Shown: positions 25,497 through 34,884 of the stretch, one piece after another
Layout of the letters: each line of letters starts with the position of its first letter
How positions within the stretch are numbered: the first letter of the stretch is position 1
From: Gemmatales bacterium
Lineage (GTDB): Bacteria; Planctomycetota; Planctomycetia; Gemmatales; HRBIN36
DNA: 64,000 bases
Reading direction: 5' to 3'
Assembly: GCA_035430005.1 (NCBI GenBank)
Contig: DAOMFV010000002.1
Coordinates: 27,283 to 91,282 of the forward strand
Notes under the pieces: model-generated
What the model saw: the letters and a program-made list of their open reading frames with translations, nothing else
Database searches by the model: none
Told to the model about the DNA's origin: nothing
Translations under genes and position numbers: made by a program

Positions 25497-25595
25497 GAAC
25501 CAATGCCTTCCTCTGCCATTACTCTACTCAGAAGCCCAGATTCTGGCAGAACGATTACTCACTATCCATATTGCGCTTCAGCGTGCAGAGTAATC

Positions 25596-25611
25596 TGTGA
25601 AGTAGATTACA
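25596..25611. promoter_or_regulatory. CRP/FNR-type box between the crp-like gene and the redoxin selenoprotein gene
   Basis: TGTGA-AGTAGA-TTACA (one mismatch). Confidence 0.55.
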
Positions 25612-25718
25612 GATGCTGCGACCGAATTGGGGCATCCAAGGAGTTCAATGAATCCTGAAGGCAATCACCGTATACTGCATTGAAGAACGACACTACTCAA
25701 CGATATGGAGGAAGAGTT

Positions 25719-26306
25719 ATGAGTCGCTTTGGATGTTCATCCTTGGCCATCCTGTTGCTTAGTGGGCAAATCGCCATCGCAGCAGATTGGTTTCCTGATG
25801 ACAAAACTGGTTTGAAAGTTGGTGAGAAAGCGCCAGCATTCAAACTCATGGATCAGAATGGCTCTGAGCGGACATTGAAAGAACTACATAAAGACAACGC
25901 AGTGGCACTCGTCTTTTACCGATCAGCGAGCTGGTGACCATACTGTCAAAAGCAACTGGTCCAGTTGCAAAAAGATATCAGTAAGATTGAGGCTGCAGGC
26001 GTCAAGGTTGTTGGCATTAGTTACGATTCAGTGGAAGTATTGAAGAACTTCGCAGCTAAAAGGAACATCACATTCCCTTTGTTATCCGATCCTGACAGCA
26101 AGACGATTGTTTCCTATGCCATCAAGAACAAGGAAATGGCGGGAAAGAAGTTCGGCAAAACTGATCTGGACGGCATTCCCTATCCTGGAACATTCCTTGT
26201 TGATAAAGAAGGCATCATTCGAGCCAAGCTCTTTGTGGATGGTTACCGTGAACGTCATTCCATTGAAGAACTTGTGAAAGCGGCTGAAGCACTGAGAAAA
26301 AAATAG
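25719..26306 (+). CDS. Secreted AhpC/TSA redoxin, putative selenoprotein (U73, UxxC)
   Basis: ORFs 25680..25937 and 25965..26306 are in frame; FYRSASW-TGA(25935-25937)-PYC. Confidence 0.88.
25952..25968 (+). promoter_or_regulatory. SECIS-like hairpin
   Basis: GCAACT-GGTCC-AGTTGC starting 15 nt after the TGA. Confidence 0.7.
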
Positions 26307-26481
26307 AAGATAACGTCTCGATGTCGGGCGGCGATTGTCGTTCGACAGAGCAGTTCTTCTATCGACGGGTTTCTTCGTTGTTTACCGATCAGGCCCAAGC
26401 AAAATAAGACTGCACAGCTTCCATCAGTATTATGGTATGTGCCGCAGGGGGCTCTCAACAATCGAGAACGCACGTCTTGTC

Positions 26482-27699
26482 TCAGGCTGTCAAGCGAACG
26501 GTCACGACACCATGCTGCAAAGCACGCAACCGTTTGCCCATCAATAGGCGGAGCAGGCTGCTCTTCGCAAGCAGGGGGAGAAGCCGCATCGCAAGTCGGG
26601 GGCCGAACCGGTCTGACCCAAGAAAGGTCTGGGTTTGTTTCCGCTGATGCTCCTGGATGGCGATAATCTCCGGCATCCGCTCGGCCGCGACCTGATTGGC
26701 AGCGGCATCGACGGCTACAGAGTCATTGACGTGTATGAGCACCGGGCACAGGTGATTGGCAGCGACCAGGGCATCGCGCAACGCCACGTTGATACCTTGC
26801 CCACCGTTGGGCGACATCGGGTGAGCCGCGTCCCCCAGCAGCAGAAGTCCAGGAGCTGTCCACGTCTCCAAGCGGCCGACCTTGACATCGAGCAACACCG
26901 GGTGTTTGAGCGCCTGAGCGTTGGCCCGCAGATGCGCGGCTAGGTCAGGCGAGGTGCGGTGCAGCAACTCCTCGGTGAGCCCTTCCGGTCCAGAGTCCTT
27001 CAACGCTTTGTACTGGCCCTTCTGGATGGTCATGCCGACCCACAGCTGACCCTCAGCTGTAGGAATTCCGCCCGTGATGCAACCCGGCCCCAGCTCCAGG
27101 CGCACAGTCGTCCGGTCGGGCCAGAAGTCAGGGAAAGGAACATGGAAGTTCAGCACGTCGAAGTGCTGCGGCGATGTTAGCTCGGTGAAGGCTCCACGCT
27201 TACGGATCGTCGAATATCGTCCATCGGTGCCGATGACGAGGTCCGCTAGGAACTCGCTCGGTCCGTCCGGGCCCTCGGTTTGCACCCCCACCACGCGGTC
27301 GCCCACCCTGATCAAGTCCCGGACTGCTGTCCCCATGCAAAGCTGAAAGGATGGGTGCTTGCGGGACTCCTCAGTGAGCATGGCCAGGACAGCCGGCTGA
27401 GGGATAAAGCGGCCGATGAAACCCAGCGACTCGGTCGAGAGCGAGGCACGCCGACGGCCTCTCTGATAGATGTCAATGGTCTTGATGATGACCTGGGGGA
27501 GTTGGCGGAGCCGGTCCCCGAACCCCATCTGGTCGAAGGCATTAACGCCGCTGGGTTGCAACCCATCGCCGCGGAAGGTACGCGCAAAGTCGGGGTGCCG
27601 CTCCAGAAGTGTAACCTCCACCCCACGTCGGGCAAGCAGGTAAGCGAGAGCCGCTCCGGCAGGCCCTGCACCGACGATGACGACACGTCCTACCGCCAC
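26482..27699 (-). CDS. FAD-dependent monooxygenase/oxidoreductase
   Basis: GAGPAG, GTDGRYS, LLGDAAHPMSP.GGQGIN. Confidence 0.9.
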   Translation of the reverse strand: MAVGRVVIVGAGPAGAALAYLLARRGVEVTLLERHPDFARTFRGDGLQPSGVNAFDQMGFGDRLRQLPQVIIKTIDIYQRGRRRASLSTESLGFIGRFIPQPAVLAMLTEESRKHPSFQLCMGTAVRDLIRVGDRVVGVQTEGPDGPSEFLADLVIGTDGRYSTIRKRGAFTELTSPQHFDVLNFHVPFPDFWPDRTTVRLELGPGCITGGIPTAEGQLWVGMTIQKGQYKALKDSGPEGLTEELLHRTSPDLAAHLRANAQALKHPVLLDVKVGRLETWTAPGLLLLGDAAHPMSPNGGQGINVALRDALVAANHLCPVLIHVNDSVAVDAAANQVAAERMPEIIAIQEHQRKQTQTFLGSDRFGPRLAMRLLPLLAKSSLLRLLMGKRLRALQHGVVTVRLTA

Positions 27700-27902
27700 A
27701 ATTCAACTCCCTTCAGCCTCGAGAAACAGCGGCTCTCTGAACCCCTGTACAACCATACTCGTCCTATGGCAGTAGTGTGTCAAGCAGGTTTCCTTGCAGT
27801 TGTTATCCTGTAACTTCCAATCCAGTGAACCGCCTCTACAGGTCCCGGGGGCTTGGTTGCCATTATAATTCTAATGGCTACTGTCCCCAAGGAATTGTGA
27901 TC

Positions 27903-28097
27903 ATGACTCTTACCACGAAGTCCATCATGTCGGCCATGGCTTTAACTGAACGACTCCTAAAGTTAGCAGAAAGCGCTGATAGGGCGACCATCAAACACAT
28001 CGTCGGCGACTTGGAAGTGCAACTAGCCAAGATTAAACAGGAAAGAGAACTGTTGATTCGGGAGAATCAGGAATTGAAACGAAAAGCCGCATGTTAA
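27903..28097 (+). CDS. Small coiled-coil hypothetical protein
   Basis: LEVQLAKIKQERELLIRENQELK heptad pattern. Confidence 0.5.
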   Translation: MTLTTKSIMSAMALTERLLKLAESADRATIKHIVGDLEVQLAKIKQERELLIRENQELKRKAAC

Positions 28098-28135
28098 CAG
28101 ACACATGTGATGGTGTTTAGCGAAAAGACCTCTAT

Positions 28136-28615
28136 TTAGATTGCGAGATCCTGTCTCAAAGTTCCTGAACTGATTCCTAAGGTTGAATTGGCTTGTTCGC
28201 GCACCCAAACTTCGTCATAAAATGATAGTTGGGAATCGCCTGGGGTTCGTAAAGTTGCAACACCACGGATTTCCTGTTCTTGTAACCGTCCCTTGAATGT
28301 CCATTCTCCAACAGGGCTTTGCGAAGGATCTGCTGTTCTCACGATGATCTTGTAGCCAATTCGCTCCCAAGTCAAAATGTTCTTAAATATTGAGTCTTGG
28401 CACCTGACGTCCACCTTGCCGGAGCAGCGAAACTCGTAGGAGTATCGTGGGTTCGTAACACTACTCCAGGTTCCTTCCAGGCCAGTAGTTTTGTTCCGAG
28501 CTGGAAGGACGGACCATATCGCAATAAGGCCCACAATTACGATAAGGCTGATGTAAATCAATACCACATTACGGCTGTAGATGTGAAGCAGTTGTCCGGT
28601 CAGTTGATGTTGCAT
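28136..28615 (-). CDS. Membrane-anchored hypothetical protein
   Basis: GGGAGG RBS, N-terminal TM, LEGTW. Confidence 0.55.
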   Translation of the reverse strand: MQHQLTGQLLHIYSRNVVLIYISLIVIVGLIAIWSVLPARNKTTGLEGTWSSVTNPRYSYEFRCSGKVDVRCQDSIFKNILTWERIGYKIIVRTADPSQSPVGEWTFKGRLQEQEIRGVATLRTPGDSQLSFYDEVWVREQANSTLGISSGTLRQDLAI

Positions 28616-28892
28616 CTCGCACCTCCCCTTTTCAATTTTATGGTAGACCAAGGATGCTTACATAATGAAGGCAACAGGAGGAGATACGATACATAGCATT
28701 TTCCAATGATTTGATTCGCCTATTTCGATTTCCCGAATGATTGCGATCAGACTAGGCTATGAGTGTTCGCTTGGGCAGTTCACCGCGACAGGATTCATGC
28801 AAATGTCCACCAGAATATTCAAGCAGGCACCAAGCACTCAAGACGAGATCATGATAAGGTTCTTCGATTCGTTCAAGCCCTGGCAAGTAAAT

Positions 28893-29360
28893 ATGCAGAA
28901 AAAGATCAACTCGGATTCAAAACCTGTTCCCATACTCGTGATTGATGATGATCACGCCATTTTGACCTTGATGGAAACCTATTTGCAAAAAACAGGATTT
29001 GAAGTTCATACTGCCGCAAGCGGATTGGAAGCGATCGGTTTCTATCAACGTAAGCATGTGCGCCCTGCAGCGGTTCTCTTAGACGTTAAGATGGCCAATC
29101 TTGATGGACCGCAAACATTCAAACGCATTCGAGAGATCGATCAACTGGTTCCAATCTGTTTCATGACTGGCGATCCTGGAGAATATCAGACGCAGGATTT
29201 GCTTGCTTTGGGCGCAAGCAACCTTCTTACAAAGCCTTTATGTCTAGGAAAGGTTGCGCAGATTATTCGCCAACTCATTAATCCACACGACTACGGGGAA
29301 GTTACAAGTAAATTGACATCTTGGTCACCCGCGAACCTTGTAACTTCCCCGTTTCAGTAG
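28893..29360 (+). CDS. Single-domain response regulator (start uncertain)
   Basis: ILVIDDD, LLDVKM, FMTG, LTKP. Confidence 0.85.
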   Translation: MQKKINSDSKPVPILVIDDDHAILTLMETYLQKTGFEVHTAASGLEAIGFYQRKHVRPAAVLLDVKMANLDGPQTFKRIREIDQLVPICFMTGDPGEYQTQDLLALGASNLLTKPLCLGKVAQIIRQLINPHDYGEVTSKLTSWSPANLVTSPFQ

Positions 29361-29502
29361 TCCAAGGCAGAATCGTGATGCTGATCGTCGGTTGAGTAAA
29401 AAGTAATTCCTGGCAAGCGAGAGCAATCTTTCCATACCTGGCCACGGCCCAGATGTTAAACAGACGCTTGTAACTCTGCCAACACATATCAGTTTCAATT
29501 AC

Positions 29503-29542
29503 ATCGTTTTATGCGATGGATCAATCGCCATTATTCGATTTG
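29503..29542. promoter_or_regulatory. LysR/NhaR-type operator
   Basis: ATCG-N7-CGAT followed by ATCG-N8-CGAT; close copy at 31613..31652. Confidence 0.6.
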
Positions 29543-29699
29543 TCAAATAGCTGGCCTCGACCATAATTAAGTAAGAAGAGCGATAATGACGATGCTTACC
29601 AAGCCTCATTAATCGCTTGGGAGAAGTCATTTGGTAAGTTGTGTGATCATTTCGGGATTGTCCTGAACTGACCCGCGCTTAATCATAAGGAGATATGAA

Positions 29700-30056
29700 A
29701 TGCTACGGGCAACTCTTGCACTACTCGCCTCAGTGACGTTGTTGGCAATGACAGTATGGGCTGATGACAAGAATAAAGACAAGCCTCAAGCTGTAAGCAA
29801 AATGCTGGTCACCTATGTCATGGCTGATGTGCCGAAAAACACGCTCACTTTTAAGATCACAGACAAGGCTGGGAAAAAGATCGAGATAAAGCTGCCATTG
29901 GACAAAGATGCGAAGGTTTTGAATAAGGATGACAAGTCCGAAAGCTTTGCTGATTTTGCCAAGAGCATGGAACGCCGGTTGGATAAATCCATTTACATTA
30001 TCGAGGATAAGGAACACCTTCATATTACACAGATAAAGGACATCGATACGTTCTGA
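29700..30056 (+). CDS. Secreted Lys/Asp-rich protein, paralog 1
   Basis: Signal peptide; TYVMADV.KN.LTFK.TDKAGK..E.KLPLDK. Confidence 0.75.
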   Translation: MLRATLALLASVTLLAMTVWADDKNKDKPQAVSKMLVTYVMADVPKNTLTFKITDKAGKKIEIKLPLDKDAKVLNKDDKSESFADFAKSMERRLDKSIYIIEDKEHLHITQIKDIDTF

Positions 30057-30188
30057 AAACGGTGAGATCGATAGTGGGCCTTATGCATCAGGAGATAAAT
30101 TAACCCAACTGTAGTCTGAGTAATGACGTGTCATTTCAGGGCGGTCCTGGACTATTACCAGAAATACCGTGGGTGATGGAGAATCGAG

Positions 30189-30548
30189 ATGTTTAGAACC
30201 ACCCTAGTCTTATTGGCGATAATGATGCCATTCTCTTCCATAGCAAGGGCTGATGACAGCAAAGGCGACAAGTCGAAAGAAAACAAAGGGATTGTCGCTA
30301 CCTATGTGATGGCAGATGTTGCGAAGAGCATAATCACTTTTAAGGCCACTGATAAATCCGGCAAAACGATTGAAACGAAATTGCCATTGGACAAGAATGC
30401 AAAAGTCCTTGGTTCAGACGATAAGCCTGAGAAGCTTGCAGACTTTGTAAAAAGAATAGAGTCTAGAAAGGACAAATGCATCATCATTGTAGAAGATAAG
30501 GAAAATCAGCGCATCCTTGAGCTGAGGAACATTCCAAAGAAGATGTAG
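30189..30548 (+). CDS. Secreted Lys/Asp-rich protein, paralog 2
   Basis: Same motif as 29700..30056. Confidence 0.75.
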   Translation: MFRTTLVLLAIMMPFSSIARADDSKGDKSKENKGIVATYVMADVAKSIITFKATDKSGKTIETKLPLDKNAKVLGSDDKPEKLADFVKRIESRKDKCIIIVEDKENQRILELRNIPKKM

Positions 30549-30571
30549 GTTTGCGAAAGCATCACTTGGCT

Positions 30572-30640
30572 AATGGAGAAGTTGCAGGGAGATTGTCAAC
30601 ACAGTGCCTCCTGGCACCATGCAACTTCTCCATTTTTTTT
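30572..30640. terminator. Long inverted repeat / terminator between convergent genes
   Basis: AATGGAGAAGTTGCA ... TGCAACTTCTCCATT followed by a T run. Confidence 0.65.
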
Positions 30641-30698
30641 GATTTGTCATTCTTCGTACAGACGTGTCGGCGAGTGGGCAAATGAGTGGCTATCACCC

Positions 30699-31598
30699 TT
30701 ATGCAAATAGCTTTTCTCTTGCTGCCTCTGTGATTGCCACGACAGCAGGGTGCTTCAGCTTCTTCTCAACCGAGATGGCGTAGAACCTTTCCTTGATCGA
30801 TTCAATTCGACCTACCAGCCGAACTTGAAACTGCTGTTGAGTCTCGCGTTCAACGGCAGTGCGTACAGCAAACACCCCTGTGCCCATTCTGCCAAATTCT
30901 TTCAATAGCGCAGGATCGGCAAAAACGCCCCGGATATTTGGTCGAACTCCTACCGCATCAAACCATTCATCAAGCGAACGACGCATCATCGTATTTTCTG
31001 CAGGCATTAAGAATGGCGCGCCATTGAGTGACTGTGGAAATCCGCGACGATAGGTGGAAGCAAGCTTTGGACTGGCCCATAGTGAAACACCGCATTCACC
31101 GAGAAGGTGACTAAATGCACGGATCTTTATCGTGGGACTGACTGGAGCATCGGCCAGAACCACGTCCAACGCATTCACTGAGAGTTGCGCAAGCAGATTG
31201 TCGTATTTGCCCTGGTCGCAGTGAATTTGCACAGCTTCTGGTAATCTAAGTGCTGGTTCAATTAGGCGATAAGCGATTTGCTTAGGGAGGGTATCAACTA
31301 CGCCGACCATTAACCTGACAGGGCGCCCCGACGGCCTTCCTTTCAAAGAATCGACAAGTTCCTGTCCCAAGGAAAAGATCTCATCGGCGTAACGGAACAC
31401 CACTTTCCCGGCATCCGTCAGTACAAGATTTCGCCCCAACTGTTCAAATAGACGAGCACCCACGGATTTATCCAGCAACCGCAACTGACCGCTAATTGTC
31501 GGCTGGGTGAGATGCAGCACCTGGCACGCTCGCGCAATCGTACCCTCACGTGCGACTGTCCAGAAGTAAAGCAGGTGGTGGTAATTGAGTCGTGACAT
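30699..31598 (-). CDS. nhaR: LysR family activator, NhaR-like
   Basis: LNYHHLLYFW.VAREG, TQPTISGQL, FYAISVEKKLKHPAV. Confidence 0.85.
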   Translation of the reverse strand: MSRLNYHHLLYFWTVAREGTIARACQVLHLTQPTISGQLRLLDKSVGARLFEQLGRNLVLTDAGKVVFRYADEIFSLGQELVDSLKGRPSGRPVRLMVGVVDTLPKQIAYRLIEPALRLPEAVQIHCDQGKYDNLLAQLSVNALDVVLADAPVSPTIKIRAFSHLLGECGVSLWASPKLASTYRRGFPQSLNGAPFLMPAENTMMRRSLDEWFDAVGVRPNIRGVFADPALLKEFGRMGTGVFAVRTAVERETQQQFQVRLVGRIESIKERFYAISVEKKLKHPAVVAITEAAREKLFA

Positions 31599-31612
31599 AG
31601 TGTGGATAATAT

Positions 31613-31652
31613 ATCGTTTTTATCAATGGATCAATCATCTTTAATCGATTTG
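31613..31652. promoter_or_regulatory. LysR/NhaR-type operator in the nhaR-csrA divergent region
   Basis: ATCG-N7-CAATGGATCAATC...TCGATTTG. Confidence 0.6.
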
Positions 31653-31733
31653 TTCAACTATCAGATATCGGTTAGGATTTCTATCAGGCAAGAACTTCGG
31701 GATATCCAGGTTCTTGCCTGAGGAGATTTCCTC

Positions 31734-31952
31734 ATGCTCGTACTCAGCAGAAGGCTCAACGAAAAACTCCACGTCGGTCGCGAGATCACCGTGACGATCA
31801 TGGAAATCCGAGGGAATCGCATCCGCATTGGGATCGAGGCTCCCATTCAAATACCCATCATTCGTGGCGAAGCGCTTTGTCACCAGGCAGCGTCTCACAC
31901 GCCATACAGGATCTACGGCAAAGAGGGAGGTTATGAAAGTAAAGATTCATAG
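31734..31952 (+). CDS. csrA: Carbon storage regulator CsrA-like RNA-binding protein
   Basis: MLVLSRR..E, IRIGIEAP..IPIIRGE. Confidence 0.85.
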   Translation: MLVLSRRLNEKLHVGREITVTIMEIRGNRIRIGIEAPIQIPIIRGEALCHQAASHTPYRIYGKEGGYESKDS

Positions 31953-32277
31953 CGAAAACATGATCATCACCACTGCCTATTCCAACTTCATCAAGCGGAG
32001 GTTGTGGTTTGCAATGGGGCGATTTGGGTTCACCATCAAGTGTGTGACCATTTACCTGACGAATGAAATCGAATCAGATGGGAGTAAAACCAAACGATGC
32101 AGTATCGTGGTTCGGTTGGTTCGCTATGGGCAGGTTCGCATCGAAGACTCAGATCGGGATCTAAGTGCAGTGATCATTCGTGCTGTGGATCGTGTCGGGC
32201 AATCCGTTTCTCGTGAACTAGAGCATCTGAGAGAGATGCGAAACTACATCTTTGCAGAACGTTCTGACTTGCCTTGA
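31933..32277 (+). CDS. HPF/RaiA-like ribosome-associated protein
   Basis: RRLWFAMGRF, KRCSIVV.L, AVIIRAVDRV; family often adjacent to nhaR. Confidence 0.7.
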   Translation: MKVKIHSENMIITTAYSNFIKRRLWFAMGRFGFTIKCVTIYLTNEIESDGSKTKRCSIVVRLVRYGQVRIEDSDRDLSAVIIRAVDRVGQSVSRELEHLREMRNYIFAERSDLP

Positions 32278-32338
32278 GACCCATCTGGGATGGTCCCAGA
32301 AGGGCCGATTGGCTAATTCCAGCTTGAGGAGACAACAG

Positions 32339-32692
32339 ATGCGACGAGCTATATTGACTGTGCTTGTGGGAATTACCCTTTTCGTTCTCAACATCGTCGC
32401 TGATGATTCAAAAGGCGGCTTACCCAATGCCGAGCACGGGATAAAGGCTGCATTTGTATCAGCCGATATCGCCAAGAATATGATTACTTTCAAAACCAGT
32501 GATAAAGCTGGAAAGATGGTAGAGGTGAAGTTGGAACTTGACAAGAACGCAAAAATCTATGGAACTGATAACAAATCTGAGACTCTCGCAGCATTTTCAA
32601 AAGCAATGGAGAGTAAGAAGAACAAGGCAATTTTTGTCGTCGAAGACAAGGATGGCAAACACATCCTGGAGCTTAAGGACAACTCAAACTGA
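32339..32692 (+). CDS. Secreted Lys/Asp-rich protein, paralog 3
   Basis: ADIAKNMITFKTSDKAGK..EVKLELDKNAK. Confidence 0.75.
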   Translation: MRRAILTVLVGITLFVLNIVADDSKGGLPNAEHGIKAAFVSADIAKNMITFKTSDKAGKMVEVKLELDKNAKIYGTDNKSETLAAFSKAMESKKNKAIFVVEDKDGKHILELKDNSN

Positions 32693-32796
32693 TTTTGTTG
32701 TGTAATAATGCCCGATCTCCACTCAGGATCGGGCACAAGGATTGGGTTATTGTTTGCGACAAGCATGATGCTGCTTCCCCTGCAGGGAGATGAATT

Positions 32797-33132
32797 ATGC
32801 TTTGGCAATTGTGGCGATTGAACTCGAACTTAGGCCAACGGGTGATATTGGTCCATCAAGATCCCTTCATAATAGGTAGTGCAATCGATTGTAACCTCAG
32901 AGAGCCTATTTCCTCTGTCAGTAGTCACCACTGCCGGTTATTTCAAAAAGATGGCAACTTATACCTTGAGGACACAGGCAGCTTGAATGGGACTTATGTC
33001 AATGGACAACGCCTAGTAGAACCAAGTAAACTAAGAAGTAATGACATCATCGAGTTCGGCTCAACATGGATGGTCATAGGAGTACGCGAAGATTGTCAAT
33101 GGATCAAGACAAAGATGCTGTTGTCAGCGTAA
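32797..33132 (+). CDS. FHA domain protein
   Basis: VSSHHC, DTGSLNGTYVNG. Confidence 0.85.
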   Translation: MLWQLWRLNSNLGQRVILVHQDPFIIGSAIDCNLREPISSVSSHHCRLFQKDGNLYLEDTGSLNGTYVNGQRLVEPSKLRSNDIIEFGSTWMVIGVREDCQWIKTKMLLSA

Positions 33133-33408
33133 TGCTCAGTCTTGATACCTGGAGCTGTCTGTGTCGTCACCATGAATTATACTTGCACCTTGCAAAAGCC
33201 AGGCTGCGGAACGCCAGACAAATCACGAGTAAATCTATCAACATAGGAGCTTCGGAAGGATATCAACGATACCATCAGATTAGACAGCATCTGTCATGGT
33301 GAACAGTTCTGCAAACTATCGTACAAGTTAATTGTGTGCTTCAGCGAAGCAGTGCGAGATCAACAAAGATCATAGCAATAAAGTAGAAAGGAACTTCAGG
33401 AGAGCGAG

Positions 33409-34227
33409 ATGCAAATAGCCTTGATTCAGCAAATGGCGAGTGCTGATACAGCAGCAAACCTGTCCCGTGCCCTGGCAGCCATCGAGTCAGCAGCTGCTCG
33501 TGGCGCTGAACTGGTTGCGTTCGCTGAATTGGCTTTCGAGCCGTTTTATCCGCGTGAGCGTGCATGTAGAACAGTTGCCAATTTGGCCCAACCTATTCCC
33601 GGACCAACAACCAGTGCCCTGGCTGAAGCAGCTCGCCGGCACGGCGTCGTCATTGTAGCCAACCTGTACGAACGGGATGGTGAGCACTGCTATGATACTT
33701 CACCGGTCTTGGATGCTGATGGCACTTTGCTTGGTCGCACCCGGATGATCCATATTACCGAGTACGAAGGTTTTCATGAGCAGGGTTATTACTCACCAGG
33801 GAATACTGGGGTGCCCGTGTACCAGACGAAGCTCGGTAAGATCGGCGTAGCCATCTGTTATGATCGACACTTTCCCGAAGTCATGCGGGCGCTGGGAGTA
33901 GGAGACGCCGAGTTGGTGATTGTTCCTCAAGCAGGAACAGTCGGCGAATGGCCTGAAGGGTTGTACGAAGCAGAAATGCGTGTCGCAGCGTTTCAGAATG
34001 GATACTTTGTCGCTCTGTGTAATCGAGTAGGAAAGGAAGGTATCCTTCACTTTGCCGGCGAGTCGTTCATCTGCAGCCCGGAAGGTGTTGTTATTGCCAG
34101 AGCAGCAACCGATGCTGAAGAAATCCTGCAGACGAACCTCGACTTAACTGCGTGTGACCGTTCACACGCCAGGCAACTGTTCCTACGCCACCGCCGACCA
34201 GAACTGTATGCCGGGTGGGTGAAATAG
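33409..34227 (+). CDS. Carbon-nitrogen hydrolase (nitrilase/N-carbamoylputrescine amidase-like)
   Basis: FAEL, GVAICYDRHFPE, NRVG. Confidence 0.88.
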   Translation: MQIALIQQMASADTAANLSRALAAIESAAARGAELVAFAELAFEPFYPRERACRTVANLAQPIPGPTTSALAEAARRHGVVIVANLYERDGEHCYDTSPVLDADGTLLGRTRMIHITEYEGFHEQGYYSPGNTGVPVYQTKLGKIGVAICYDRHFPEVMRALGVGDAELVIVPQAGTVGEWPEGLYEAEMRVAAFQNGYFVALCNRVGKEGILHFAGESFICSPEGVVIARAATDAEEILQTNLDLTACDRSHARQLFLRHRRPELYAGWVK

Positions 34228-34278
34228 CTAAAACTGTACCCTAAACAATGAAAGATATCGGAGTATGGGTCTACTGTT

Positions 34279-34770
34279 TCATTGTTCGAGTGCCTTCTTA
34301 AGAGCCAACGGTACTGGGCGGCCTGCCTTTTCCAGTGCTGCCTTCATCTGCTTTAGTAACCCAACCTGCGACCAGTCGTTTTCCCAACGAGGGATCAGGT
34401 CTTTCTCCGAATTGTCAATGAAACGCACGACCGGATTGTTCCACGCCGGTTCCTTGAACTTCTTCAGCACCTTTTCATCGTCGCCAGGTACGTTATTGTA
34501 AATTGCCACGGCAACAAACTCACTACTTGCCACTTCTACAACCAGACGATGCGACAGCGGACCGCTGCCGAACTGCTTGCAAGTCGATCAGCCAGGCACC
34601 TCCTGGAAGACTAGCATGATCGGTTTGCCTACCGCCTTCGCCTGCTTGAGGGCCACATCATAGCTACGCAGCCATTTGACCTTTCCCAGTTCTTCGGGTT
34701 GCTCGACGTTGCCATTGAGCAAACATCCCACACTGGCGACCATGGCAATCCCCGTCACTAACTGATACAT
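34279..34770 (-). CDS. Thioredoxin-like putative selenoprotein with QEVPG-U-STC motif (VPGU-type family)
   Basis: ORFs 34588..34830 and 34279..34533 are in frame across TGA at 34588-34590; WNNPVVRF. Confidence 0.88.
34552..34570 (-). promoter_or_regulatory. SECIS-like hairpin
   Basis: CGGCAGC-GGTCC-GCTGTCG starting 18 nt after the TGA. Confidence 0.7.
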
Positions 34771-34809
34771 GATTACCCCTTTCAACTGCATTCTAATTGC
34801 ATCAATAAG

Positions 34810-34846
34810 AAAAAACACCGCCTGGGCCAATCGCCAAGCGGTGTTT
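34810..34846 (-). terminator. Hairpin plus U tract after the CxxU gene
   Basis: AAACACCGC...GCGGTGTTT followed by Ts on the minus strand. Confidence 0.55.
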
Positions 34847-34884
34847 GGGTGTCATAGATACTGTGACGATTCGCCAACAGTAAG

